A DNA stretch of 64,000 bases from Perkinsela sp. CCAP 1560/9 (lineage: Eukaryota; Protista; Euglenozoa: Kinetoplastea). Location: assembly GCA_965644495.1 (NCBI GenBank), contig CBFFSA010000002.1, positions 992,001 to 1,056,000 on the forward strand, given 5' to 3'. The translations under genes and the position numbers were made by a program. Positions 21,619-32,254 of the stretch are shown one piece after another. Position 1 is the stretch's first letter. Every line of letters begins with the position of its first letter. The notes beneath the pieces were generated by a model that was not told the origin of the DNA, did not search any database, and saw only the letters and a list, made by a program, of their open reading frames with translations.

Positions 21619-23712
21619 TCACGGCTTTATGCGATTCATCAACCTCGGAAACATGCACGCCTCGCGCACATGATCCAGATTACAAATCCACGCCAGAAAC
21701 CGCTCCAACCCGAGCCCAAATCCCCCATGCGGGACACTGCCATATTTTCGTAAATCCGTGTACCAATAATATGGACTGGGGTCTAATTTTTCTCTTCCGT
21801 AACCCGCCATGAGCTCCTCATAGCGCCAGGTACGCATAGAGCCTCCAATAATCTCGCCGACCCCGGGGACGAGCACATCCACACTTTCTGTAAGTTTCGG
21901 AGATTTCTCATCTCGTGCCATATAAAAACTTTTCATTTCGGCTGGAAAATGCGTGAGCAAGACCGGCTGTCCGATGAGCGCGACCAACGCTCTCTCTGGG
22001 GCATCCGTAATATCTTCCCCGAATACAAAAGGTTTGTTCGTTTCCGGGTTCTCAATCCCATGCTGGTTGCACAGTTCAATCGCTTTTGCGTAGGGAATAC
22101 GTAAAAAAGGTAACGCCGGGACGAATTTCCATGAATTTGGGTCTTGCGGATCGGCATCCAGGTCCTTTAAACCTCCAGGATTACATAGCGCGAGATAACG
22201 GCCACAGTTTTGAATAATTTCCTTTAAAACCTCAACAAGCAAATTCTCCAGGTGACACTGCAACTCCTCAAAGGTCAGATTTCCATATTCCGCCTCGATA
22301 TGGGTAAACTCACTTAAATGTCGTCGAGTTTTACTTTTTTCTGCACGATAGGAGGGGAGGATACAATAACAATCCCCGATGGAGCTCAAAACGGTTTCTA
22401 AATACAATTGGCTGCTTTGCGTTAAAAACGCACTCTCCCCATAATAATCCGATAACGAAAAAAGCGTAGCCCCGCCCTCACATTGGGTTTGGACCAATGT
22501 CGGAGGGGTCACCTCGAGAACGCCTTTTTTAGCGAAATGAGTTCGAAAACTTTGGAGTGCCGCAGCGCGCACGCGCATAACGGCACTTGTTTTTGTGCTT
22601 CTTAACATGAGATGCCTTTGGTCGAGCTGCACATCCACCGCGCTATCCTCCCGAACTACATTTTCAATATCCCCATGAGAGGGCCCAATGAGCGCCCATT
22701 TTTTTACTTGGAGCTCGAGAGCAGGAAGGAGGGCGTGTTCCGGGGTATGCACGCTCCCTCGAGCCTTGGGTTCGTTTTGGAGAGATCCGTAAACCACAAT
22801 CGAACTCTCACGATGAAGATGGGGAAGAGCTTCAGGGATCACGACCTGAATATACCCGGTGGTGTCACGTAACATGATAAAGGTTAAATGGGCTTGTCGA
22901 CGAATACGGTGAATCCAGCCGCGAAGGAGAATGGGGTTGTTGGTTTCAGAAACTGTGGAAATGGTGAAAAGAGGTGCCAGGGAGAGGAGGGAAGGGAGAT
23001 CGAGTTGTAAAGCTGAGGTTGAAGGGGAAGGAGAGATGTTTTCAGAAGGAGATGTTTCGGGGATTGTTTCGGAGATATTCGACTCTTTTGAGGTTGTTTT
23101 GATTTTCTTATCCGTTTGTTTTGCTGCGGCTTTCGCCTTTTCACTTTTAAAAGCGGGATGGCTACGAAAGGGTTCAATTGAAAGCTGTTGTTGAATTTCC
23201 TGAAGCAGAGCAGAGGGCTCTGCCCATTTGACCAAACTCAGCTTCGGATCTCGACGAATGGCTTGAAGTACGCGACCTACGGAGTACGCGGCAGATTTTG
23301 AATCGTTTGAGATCTCTAAAAGTTTCGCACCTACTTGTTGTTGAATTTGCTCAGGTGAGGGTTCTTTTCCAAGTCCAGATTCTTCTTCAAAGCGGGACAC
23401 GTTGATATCTTCTTCAGGCTGCAAAGAGCTCAAATAGCGTACGGCGGCATCTATTTGTGTTGAAGTGTGCAGCTTTCCATTTAAAATATAGGGAGAAAGA
23501 AAGTTTCGAAAAGTATCAGAGGCTAGCTGGGGGTAGACATGGTACAGAGCCATTCTTGCCTTGCGTGGGGCGCTAAAAGCGTCGTGTTTTTGAAAGAACT
23601 GAAGAATGGGTTGGGCTTTTTCTGACGAACGGGAAAGATCGGAGGCGTTCTTATAGTCCAGACCTATTTCTTGAAGCTGAGAGAGAAGGGCCTCGTCTGA
23701 AGAAGATGTCAT
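21619..23712 (-). CDS. AsnRS: asparaginyl-tRNA synthetase with a GlnRS-like N-terminal extension
   Basis: GWIHRIRRQ, LRDTTGYIQ, PPTLVQTQCEGGATLF, LTQSSQLYLE, YRAEKSKTRRHLSEF and PHGGFGLGLER. Confidence 0.95.
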   Translation of the reverse strand: MTSSSDEALLSQLQEIGLDYKNASDLSRSSEKAQPILQFFQKHDAFSAPRKARMALYHVYPQLASDTFRNFLSPYILNGKLHTSTQIDAAVRYLSSLQPEEDINVSRFEEESGLGKEPSPEQIQQQVGAKLLEISNDSKSAAYSVGRVLQAIRRDPKLSLVKWAEPSALLQEIQQQLSIEPFRSHPAFKSEKAKAAAKQTDKKIKTTSKESNISETIPETSPSENISPSPSTSALQLDLPSLLSLAPLFTISTVSETNNPILLRGWIHRIRRQAHLTFIMLRDTTGYIQVVIPEALPHLHRESSIVVYGSLQNEPKARGSVHTPEHALLPALELQVKKWALIGPSHGDIENVVREDSAVDVQLDQRHLMLRSTKTSAVMRVRAAALQSFRTHFAKKGVLEVTPPTLVQTQCEGGATLFSLSDYYGESAFLTQSSQLYLETVLSSIGDCYCILPSYRAEKSKTRRHLSEFTHIEAEYGNLTFEELQCHLENLLVEVLKEIIQNCGRYLALCNPGGLKDLDADPQDPNSWKFVPALPFLRIPYAKAIELCNQHGIENPETNKPFVFGEDITDAPERALVALIGQPVLLTHFPAEMKSFYMARDEKSPKLTESVDVLVPGVGEIIGGSMRTWRYEELMAGYGREKLDPSPYYWYTDLRKYGSVPHGGFGLGLERFLAWICNLDHVREACMFPRLMNRIKP

Positions 23713-24121
23713 ATTGAAGTGATGGGTTAGAATAATTGTGTAAAAATACGTACAAATAAAAAATGATTATGGTAAAAGGTGTAAGGTGTAGTAAGGACGA
23801 AATGGAATTAAAAACAAAACAGAACTGCGGAACTCCTGGCCATAATAATTGAAAGAAAGCAAAGCAAACACTTAGAAGATTGTTGTTGGACAGTTCAGAT
23901 AAAAAAGCTGAAATTAAGATGTGAACAAAACCTTTGGTAACTTCTAAAACGAACGAATGTATTATAATGTGAACTGTGTCTTTTCCAATGGATAGTGAGA
24001 TGCATATATCACGAATTACTCATTTATTTGATACGTCAAAATGTTACATCAACATTACAACATTGACAATATTTCATTACAACAATATTTCATTGACGAA
24101 CCATTTCATACGAAAAATTAT

Positions 24122-25510
24122 TTACTCCGCAAAAGAGTACTGACACGATGGCATCTCACTCTTATCAAAAGGTTGCAGCGTCACACGACCTGCCGTCACG
24201 TCATCCATCCAGCTTGAAAGCGAAGATTCCGAAATCTCACCTTCATAGCTAGCAAAACTCTGTTTCTCCGCGTTGAACGCCACTACAGAATCCATTTTCA
24301 CACCCAAAAACCGCATCAGCTCCTCATTATCCTCTGCTGAAACCCAACCTGCCTTTCGCAACTGTACGCCTTCCTCCTTTGCCTCACCACCTACGTATCG
24401 GGACAAGAAAAAGTGCAAAATTTTATGGTTCATATTTTCATTCAGTGCTGTTGCGTTAAAGAACCCGACAAGCGAGAGACCAGACGTTGTAGTCTCCACA
24501 AACTCACTTCGAAATACGCGATCGCCGGTAATATTAACGAAAGGCTTTGCGGCGCGGGCCTTCATCGCTTCCATGACTTTGGCCCACTCCTGCCAGCGCC
24601 ACGACTCGGCCTCTTTTTCATCTCGAGCATAGGGCTCTAAAAATGCACTAATGTCCTGCATATTATACGCCCCATTATAGAGATGCGCGTGTTTAATATG
24701 TTTCTTCTTCTCTCCTTCCACTAACACAAACAGCGTTGTTTTTAACGGGGTCGTTTCCTCCGTCGCAAGCTCCCCATGTCGATGGGCTAACTCCACCCCT
24801 AACGGACTTGTCAAATTCACTTCCGCAAAATCCAAACGATGATGAAACCGCACACTCAGACCTTTATACAAATCCGTCGTCTCATTCCTCCCCGTCAACA
24901 ACACCACTTTCCGGACCTTTCCATTTTCCACGTTTTCCACAAAACTTTCATACTCCCCCAGCGTCTTCGGTTTCCCCACATACGCCGTGGTCAACGCGGA
25001 AAGCACAGCCTTTCGAATCTCCCCTCCCCCAAGCCTTCCCTGATATTTCGCCAACCCCTTCCGTCCCGCAAAGGCGGCTAATCTCCCATCCGTGCCGTTC
25101 TTCTTCCCCTCCACATAGGGGCCCAGTGTGCGCACCGAGGGAATAGTCTCAATCCCCCAGGCATTGACCAAAAACGTGTTTTCCCGGTTCGCTACGTTTA
25201 CGGCAGCGGCCGTAGCAAACCCGGCCATCTCCGCTGCCACAGACTCCCACAAGGGAATCAACGGCGCGCTGTGGATCTCGCGGTCGTCGTAGAATAAAAC
25301 CACAAAGGTCTCGCGGAGAGAGTGGGCGAGTCGGGTGTAGTCGGCGATGCCGTGGATGTCGAGAACGGCGCTGGAGGCGTTGGAGGCAAAAGAGAGGGCT
25401 TTGGCTTTTTTGGCTTTTTTCGTTTTTTGGGGGGGAGGGGGGGATTGGAGGGTGGGAGGGGAGAGGGAGAGGAGGAGAAAAGGGAGGAGGGAGAGGAGAG
25501 AGGGGGGCAT
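24122..25510 (-). CDS. secretory-pathway protein with multiple thioredoxin folds, no CxxC
   Basis: Signal peptide; FVVLFYD...LIPLWESVA..., WGIETIPSV and LYKGLSVRFHHRLDFAEV match PDI/ERdj-like non-catalytic thioredoxin patterns. Confidence 0.65.
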   Translation of the reverse strand: MPPSLLSLLPFLLLSLSPPTLQSPPPPQKTKKAKKAKALSFASNASSAVLDIHGIADYTRLAHSLRETFVVLFYDDREIHSAPLIPLWESVAAEMAGFATAAAVNVANRENTFLVNAWGIETIPSVRTLGPYVEGKKNGTDGRLAAFAGRKGLAKYQGRLGGGEIRKAVLSALTTAYVGKPKTLGEYESFVENVENGKVRKVVLLTGRNETTDLYKGLSVRFHHRLDFAEVNLTSPLGVELAHRHGELATEETTPLKTTLFVLVEGEKKKHIKHAHLYNGAYNMQDISAFLEPYARDEKEAESWRWQEWAKVMEAMKARAAKPFVNITGDRVFRSEFVETTTSGLSLVGFFNATALNENMNHKILHFFLSRYVGGEAKEEGVQLRKAGWVSAEDNEELMRFLGVKMDSVVAFNAEKQSFASYEGEISESSLSSWMDDVTAGRVTLQPFDKSEMPSCQYSFAE

Positions 25511-25799
25511 GGTGGGGAGGGGGGTTTAAAAAGGAGATGAAAAGACAAGGGGGGTTTGGAGGAGACGGAAGTTGGGAAATGGGAAGAAAGTTGGTTTTTT
25601 CATCATAAATTTAAACCAATGTCCAGCTTACCATACCTCCCGGTATACTGTGACCCCCCTTTAATAGAGACCACCCCTCAGACCCTCCTTTAATAAAGAC
25701 AAAATTGGGGGAAGAATTTGTTTGTGGGGGGGGCCGCGAAAGTGGAGAAGAAACTTTGGATTGTCTCATAAAAAGGGAAGGAAAATACTTCCTATTACG

Positions 25800-26335
25800 T
25801 GGCGCGGTCTCCACCAAGTCGTCCACTCCACCGATGAACGCGTGACCGAACAGGACGGAGTACTACATGCGGGATCCCGAATGGGAGACCGCCGCTAGGC
25901 TCCGGTACATGGTGGTCCCCACATCCGAACCTGAGATCCAATGTGTGTGTGGCGCCGTCCTCAAAAACGAGGATTTCTGCGTCCATGCCATGGATTGCAA
26001 AAAGGTTCGTGGCAAGACACAGGCCTCTCGCCATAAGGGGGTTAAGGAAACCTTCAGGAACCTACTGATTCAGTATGGGTTCACCCCGGACCTATAGTCG
26101 AACCGAGGTTCGACAACGGGCGAGGACCGGACATCTGTTTCCTTTTGGGGAGGAAACTGGTCCTAGTGGACGTGACTGTGGTAAACCCACTGACCCCGTC
26201 CTACGTGGATAAGGAGGCAGCTGAGCCCTCCTTCACCGTGAGGCAGGGCGAACGCCTCAAAAGGCGCACTCACGAGGAAAAAGGCGGGGGCCAGGGAGAT
26301 GGATTTCTTCCCTTTGGCCTTCACCACTTACCAAA
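25800..26335 (+). pseudogene. C-terminal fragment of a CRE/SLACS-like non-LTR retrotransposon (zinc knuckle and restriction-like endonuclease)
   Basis: Across frameshifts: CVCG....HAMDC, SRHKGV, EPRF..GRGPD, LVDVTVVNP, GERLK and FFPLAF. Confidence 0.8.
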
Positions 26336-26359
26336 ACCCAATTAGCGCACGCCCCAAGA

Positions 26360-26649
26360 CCAACCCATTAGCGCACGCCCCTCCGGTACCAATTTTGTAC
26401 CGCGGCATGCGCTATCTGGGCGTTCCACTTCTGAATGGCTACCCCGATGGCAAACTGGCTGAGGCAACCATTATTGTCCCCGGCCCCGAGACCCTCCAGT
26501 CTAAACCTGGTAGCTCGGAAGGCCACCGGGGACAATAATGGTTGCCTTAGCCATTTTGCCATCGGGGTAGCCATTCAGAAGTGGAACGCCCAGATAGCGC
26601 ATGCCGCGGTACAAAATTGGTACCGGAGGGGCGTGCGCTAATGGGTTGG
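26360..26649. repeat. foldback: 124-bp inverted arms with a 42-bp spacer
   Basis: 26360-26483 is the reverse complement of 26526-26649 with 2 mismatches seen. A partial extra copy of the end is at ~26335-26355. Confidence 0.95.
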
Positions 26650-27691
26650 GGAGATACAGTGTTATATTTAATTGCGGTATTATTTAATTACACTTTTAAG
26701 GTTATTTTTGGCTAAAATTAATCTTAATTAAATTAACCGTAATATAATCCACTCGTAAATTAATAATTCTTGAACACACTTTTTGAGTAACTTTTAAGCG
26801 CCCAAGCCACTGGATTCGTCTGTGATCATTTTATAAAGGTTTGTGTTTCGTATGAAAGTGAGGTCGATAGTGATAGACATGAAAAAGAAGTATTTTTTCT
26901 CGGGGCTAAAAATAATCTTAATTAAAAATAACCGTAATATAATCCACTCGTATTAACTGTCACTGTAACTAAAAAAAATTAAAGAAACAGTAATTTTTGT
27001 GCCATGAATTTTAGCGATAATAATTTTTGGCTTAGGTGTAAAATGTTTTGGAAGGCAGAGTGCGGAATTTCAACCGCAGCTCTCGAACGTCCGTTGTTCC
27101 TTAATAGGATTGTACGAGGCACGTGTCCCACGCCACCTAGAAAGGAGAAATAAAACGAACTGACCATTAAATATGCAAAGGCTTCTGAAACTGAGGCGCC
27201 GCGAAGCGACGCCGATTTTTTTTTCGTGTTTCGGACTCTCATTTCATCTCCCCCCTTTAATAGAGACAAAAAACGAAATTGCGTCTACATTAAAGGGGGG
27301 GTCACAATATTACAAGGGTATGGGTATATTAAAAGTCAAGTTTTGGATCCAAAAGCGCAAAAGAGGTTCTTTATTTTTTGTAAATTCTTTATTTTTTTTG
27401 TAAATGCTCTTTTCGTCAGACTTTTTCTGAGAGTTTTGACATTTGTGTCGGAGGGGGGATATTAAACCAGAGTGGACACCGCAATATACCCCCCGGTATA
27501 TTACGGAGGTATACACACGGGGGCATATTACGGTAGGTATGGTAAACTAGACTGGTTTATTGCGGGGGTTGTTTACAACCTTCGCCTCTCCCTTCTTTAT
27601 GGTGTCCGGGGTAGGGTGGATAGAGGAGGGTGAGAAAAGGGGGACCAGCCCCCCTATCCTCGATTTGGACACAAATTACTCTGCTCAAAAA

Positions 27692-27739
27692 CGCAGGTCC
27701 CAGGATTCGAACCCAGGTAGTCCATTTGGTAGGACCTGC
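27692..27739 (-). ncRNA. truncated tRNA-like element (acceptor stem and T arm, no anticodon arm) followed by T5
   Basis: GCAGGTC/GACCTGC 7-bp stem, GGTTCGAATCC B box, discriminator G, then TTTTT. Confidence 0.5.
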
Positions 27740-28125
27740 CGTTCATAATCTGGTGTTAGCATGTTCGGCTCCCGGTGGTTACATTTTCAGCCATACGCGG
27801 CGTCGTTAGTGGGAAGCAATTTGCGAAGCTCCATTTACCAACAAACCACCGCTTTTTGACGAAGCAACTATTATTGGTTATAGTGGATCAAGTGTTTATG
27901 TTGTTTATGTAATCTATGAACTCTATTCTATGAACTCTACGCTATCCTCTATAGCAAAAAATATTCAAATCGCCTTTTTAATAAATGTATGTGCGTAACT
28001 GGAAATCAATGTGCAATAAGTTTATCGTTTGCCACATGAAATATTTGCAAACGCAACGACGACCGAAAGCCCCTTTATAAGAATTTGCAAAACAGACCAT
28101 ATAAAAATTTTAGCTGCGATTTCGT

Positions 28126-29112
28126 CTAATTTTCGGACCCCTCCACTGCGCCATCCTCTAATCCATCATCCAACGCGCAGACATGAATTTCCTCAATCTT
28201 CCGTTCCATCTCATCAAACAACCTCTCCTCTGCCTCATGCATGTTTTCATCAATCTGCTTCACCAGTGCAATATGATTTTGATAGTCAATCTGAGGGCAG
28301 AGTTCTTTTATAGTCTCAAGCGCAACGTGTCGATGCTGTGAAATCTTTTCCTTCGCATGTCCCATTATAATTTTCATTTTCCGAGCAATTGATTCTCTAC
28401 GTGTTTTCGTCAATCTAGGAAGATGAAACCTCATTTTATTATCCTCTGTCTTTGTTGGATTTAACTCGGCATCAAATTTGGAGGCTTTGATTAACACAGC
28501 ACTGAGAATATTCGGAAGCGAAGGGGAGAAGATCAGCTCATGCGGGGAAGGGCGAAGAAAACTCCCACACTGCGACAACGGCCGTGCTTTTCCTAAAACC
28601 TCAATTTTAAGTTTTTCTAACGCTCCTGGCATATTGGTGAGCGTCATGGCGGCCTCCTCACTTTGGGAGAATACGTGGTCGACAATGGCACTGAGCTCCT
28701 CTTTCATTTCCTCGGAGCAATAGCGCTGGGCGTCGTCTTGTTGCTCCTCTTTGGTGCGTCTCTCCTCTTTGGTGTTTCGAATATGACGTTGTCGGCGCTC
28801 CCCAAAGGATATGGGACGCTCGGAGATGTTCTTTCGTCCATACCCGTGCAAGTGAAAGCGAGAGGGATGAAACGCGCCCTGGTGATCGCCTAGGGAGGAA
28901 AAGGAAGAAAAGATAATCGTGTTTTTTTCACAAGAAAAAATTGTGGGAGCAGAGATCTGGGTACTGCATGGGCGTGTGGTGTGCGCGTAAATATTCCCAA
29001 AGACTGCAGCTTTAGTTTTGGGAAGGACGGAAAGTTGAGCTCGCGTAGAATGGCATGATTGGGTTGTGAAACACTTTTTTGTGAGCCCGTTGTATACAGA
29101 TATTGTGTACAT
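28126..29112 (-). CDS. mitochondrial ribosome recycling factor-like protein
   Basis: GALEKLKIEV, PLSQCG, ELNPT, HLPRLTKTRRESI..KEKISQHRH and a C-terminal helix. The true start is uncertain. Confidence 0.75.
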   Translation of the reverse strand: MYTISVYNGLTKKCFTTQSCHSTRAQLSVLPKTKAAVFGNIYAHTTRPCSTQISAPTIFSCEKNTIIFSSFSSLGDHQGAFHPSRFHLHGYGRKNISERPISFGERRQRHIRNTKEERRTKEEQQDDAQRYCSEEMKEELSAIVDHVFSQSEEAAMTLTNMPGALEKLKIEVLGKARPLSQCGSFLRPSPHELIFSPSLPNILSAVLIKASKFDAELNPTKTEDNKMRFHLPRLTKTRRESIARKMKIIMGHAKEKISQHRHVALETIKELCPQIDYQNHIALVKQIDENMHEAEERLFDEMERKIEEIHVCALDDGLEDGAVEGSEN

Positions 29113-29244
29113 GAAGTTTATAAGGAGAAATGAAATAGAAAGTAAATTATTTTTTTAATAGAAAGTAAATAAAAATCACTTTTGATGGAAAAATAATCAG
29201 AAATGTAAGCAGGGGTCTCAAAATATATTATAAACATTTATATA

Positions 29245-30006
29245 CAGGGGGGGCCACGAAAACTGACATTTTAGCGTCCTGAGGCCGTTTGAGCTGATTT
29301 TTGTTGCAAACGAGAGATCTCGTTCTGAATATCGTGTCTACGCTATTTAAAATACAAAAACGTTCGCCGGAAAACGTTTCCAATGAGTTACAAAAGTGAA
29401 ATTTTAAAGATTTTACAAATTGAAAAACGGGTCTAAAATTCGTAATTTTTACGTACCACGGCCGAAAAAGTATCCAGAAAGTAGGTCTTAATAGCCAGTA
29501 TTCCCACCTCCACGCCTGCGTAGTATAGCGAGGCGCGTGGGAAGACTCTTTAGCGTGTTCACAGAAGCCTCGTGACATTTATTCAACAAATATTCCTTGG
29601 CCGTTGGAATAGAAGCTTTGTACTGAGAGAGAGAGCTCTCTGAACAGTTCATCATACGTACCGTATCCGGAATAGTTGTCCCATAGTGTTTTCGTGTGCG
29701 CAGACAATGCGCACAGGATATGAAAACTGTTCGGGTGATAGCTGGCGACGGTTTAGTCTATTCCGTTTACCCATAGTAAGTAAAAAGAAGAAAAAATAGA
29801 CTTTTTTACGTTATTCGGTACTTTTTGCAAAATATTTTGCCCAAAATTTCAGTATTTTGTAATATTGTTTTTCGATTAGCAGAAACGGGCTCCAAATAGC
29901 GTAGACACGATATTCAGAACGAGATCTCTCGTTTGCAACAAAAATCAGCTCAAATGGCCTCAGGACGCTAAAATGTGGACCTTGTCAGTTTTCGTGGCCC
30001 CCCCTG
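29245..30006. mobile_element. Tc1/mariner-like MITE with ~105-bp TIRs, nested in the hAT-like element
   Basis: TA|CAGGGGGGGCCACGAAAACTGACA ... TGTCAGTTTTCGTGGCCCCCCCTG|TA. Confidence 0.92.
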
Positions 30007-30431
30007 TATATTTATAGTATTTGAAAAAAAATTATAGTACTATATAGTACTATATAGTATTATAAATCCATAAAAATCTGTAACAGGAAAAAATGCTCAA
30101 AAACGTTTTGATGCTCTCTTTTAGTACGAATGGCACCAAGTACAAAGTCAGTTTATGACAGGCTTAGTCAAGTTCCTTATGTTTCGCGGCAGGAAACATA
30201 TTTTTCAATTTTTTGTGATTGTGCTTCTTCCGCCAAAGGAAGAAAAGAAGTTACAAGGACTCTCTTTTGAGGGAAAAAATCATCCAAACCCGCCAAAAAT
30301 TCTTCAAAAAATTATAGATTTTTATACATAATATTTGAAAAATTATAATCTAGGTATAAAGGGGTGAGGTCTAAAAATCTACAAAATCTATAATTATAGT
30401 ACTATATAGTATTTGAAAAATTATAATACTA

Positions 30432-30786
30432 CTCCTCCTCTCATTAATTTCTATAAATATAAATTATAACAAAAAAGAAGATTTATATTTATAGTTATAG
30501 AAATTAATGAGAATGGTTAGGCGAAAAGTCCTGATAAATGATCCTGCCTGGTGGAAAAACGCTATTTTTCTGCGATAAGCTATCGCGGAACGTGAGATCC
30601 AAGGCCTTTGTCGGAAGTAAGGGTCAAATTTTTCTGCGGTGTTCTCCCTCTATCCTAGCTTTTCCTGTTTGTTTTCTTCAAAAACATAATGTTTTGAAAA
30701 TCTATAAATTTTTTCTGAAAAATTTATTAGGAAATTCTGAAAAATTTATTAGGAATGGCATTTATAGAAATTAATGAGAAGAGGAG
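30432..30786. mobile_element. Stowaway-like MITE (CTCCTC ends), nested
   Basis: TA|CTCCTCCTCTCATTAATTTCTATAAAT ... ATTTATAGAAATTAATGAGAAGAGGAG|TA. Confidence 0.88.
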
Positions 30787-30844
30787 TATATAGTACTATA
30801 ATTATAGATTTTGTAGATTTTCAGACCCCTGAATGTAAGTGTTG

Positions 30845-31667
30845 TTGCCCATTTAGTTCTTACGTTTTTCTTATAAAAAATGAATCCAGCTAAGTCAAAA
30901 ATTTCCAGCGCATTTTTCAACGTCTTGGCGTCCGAGGAAAGTGGGATAATTATGTAATCCCCACAATTTACGAAAGAAAGGAACGGATAAATCTGCATGA
31001 TAGGCTGAAAGTCCCTTTACTTAAGAGCCCACCGATTCTTTCCACCGATTCCTTATTCCTTCTTGCAACATAGTGTTGCAGATAATGTAGAAAGTTCAAT
31101 GGTGCCCTCAAAGAAATTGTAGCCAGCATAAATAACAGATATATTTGGGGGCAGTTGAGTTAGATCGATGGAACCTTTCAGTCGATTGATCGTGGGAATA
31201 AGATGGCGCATCACATCAGGAAGTGTTGTGAAATCAAATATTCCTTGATGGTCATAATGTCCAACATTAAAATGTACTAATAGGCAGTGAGATCAGCGGA
31301 AGATAGTGTTCCTGTTAGCCGTCCTTTATCTGGATAGCACTGTGCGTCAATCTCTACAATCTGAGGAAGTAAATTTCCATGTAATGTTTCCGGAGAGATC
31401 AAAATCACACCACTGGAGGTTTGTGACTTGCGACTCCTCGTTGCACTTCACTCCTTCTCAAGAACATGCGGATGACTGATTCCATGAGGAAGGGATGTGG
31501 TTGACATATTGCACTAGCCGACGCATCATGTCGACGTGAGACATGGTCACTGAGATAACTTTGCTCCCAAATTTTCGTCGCTTTTGAGGAGGTTGCTGTG
31601 GAGACTCATCCGCTGCATCAAAGGAGTAGGCTAACAACGTGCATTCACATCGCAAGCCGCGAATCAT
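30845..31667 (-). pseudogene. LRR-family pseudogene
   Basis: SSWNQSSACS*EGVKC cap with the Trp codon changed to a stop, followed by frameshifted LRR remnants. Confidence 0.7.
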
Positions 31668-32254
31668 AAGATTTATTGTAAAATACGGAGAAACTAACTA
31701 AACCCTCGTCCGGGTTAATGTACTCCCCCATAACTAGCTACAGGTACAAACCATGTCCTGGTTAATCTACTCCCCCGGTACCATAACTAGCTACAGGTAC
31801 AAAACGTGGGTCCAGGCACAACAAAAATTATGAAAAACAACATTTTTTTAATGTGGTAGCTATACAACCACCGCAATAATTTTTTGTGATTCCTTTTTTC
31901 ACTTTTGAAGATTGAATCTTTCTTTTTCATTTTTGAAAATTATGAATCTAGCAAAGAAAAATGTCATTTGATAATTTTAGACGTGCATATTCCCATCCTT
32001 ATAGAGTTCGCTAAAAACATTAAAAATGAAAATGAAAAATAGAAACGCAAGAAAAATAAAAAAAATAAGATGATGCAAGTGAAAAAGGGTGAAAGTGAAA
32101 AAAATGTGGCGCTGAGCTAGATGCCGTTATTTTATTGCGAGCTATGAAACTATTTGCGCAAAGAGCAAGTAAAAATAAACAAGGCGAAATTGCTATTTTG
32201 AAACTCCTCTTTATCCAAAAAAATGCTGTATAGAATTACGAAAACTGTATAAAA

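Larger units (their letters stand above)
25648..27307. mobile_element. CTGTG-family TIR element (nested)
   Basis: TA|CTGTGACCCCCCTTTAATAGAGAC ... GTCTACATTAAAGGGGGGGTCACAA|TA. Confidence 0.75.
25614..27557. mobile_element. AACC-family element enclosing nested insertions
   Basis: TA|AACCAATGTCCAGCTTACCATACC ... GGTATGGTAAACTAGACTGGTT|TA. Confidence 0.65.
29210..30831. mobile_element. hAT-like non-autonomous element with an 8-bp TSD
   Basis: AATGTAAG|CAGGGGTCTCAAAAT ... ATTTTCAGACCCCTG|AATGTAAG; exact TSD at 29202-29209 and 30832-30839. Confidence 0.9.

Noticed and set aside
25600-26400. Spliced-leader RNA gene at the CRE fragment
   Set aside because: No CAGTTTCTGTAC-like SL sequence was seen on either strand.
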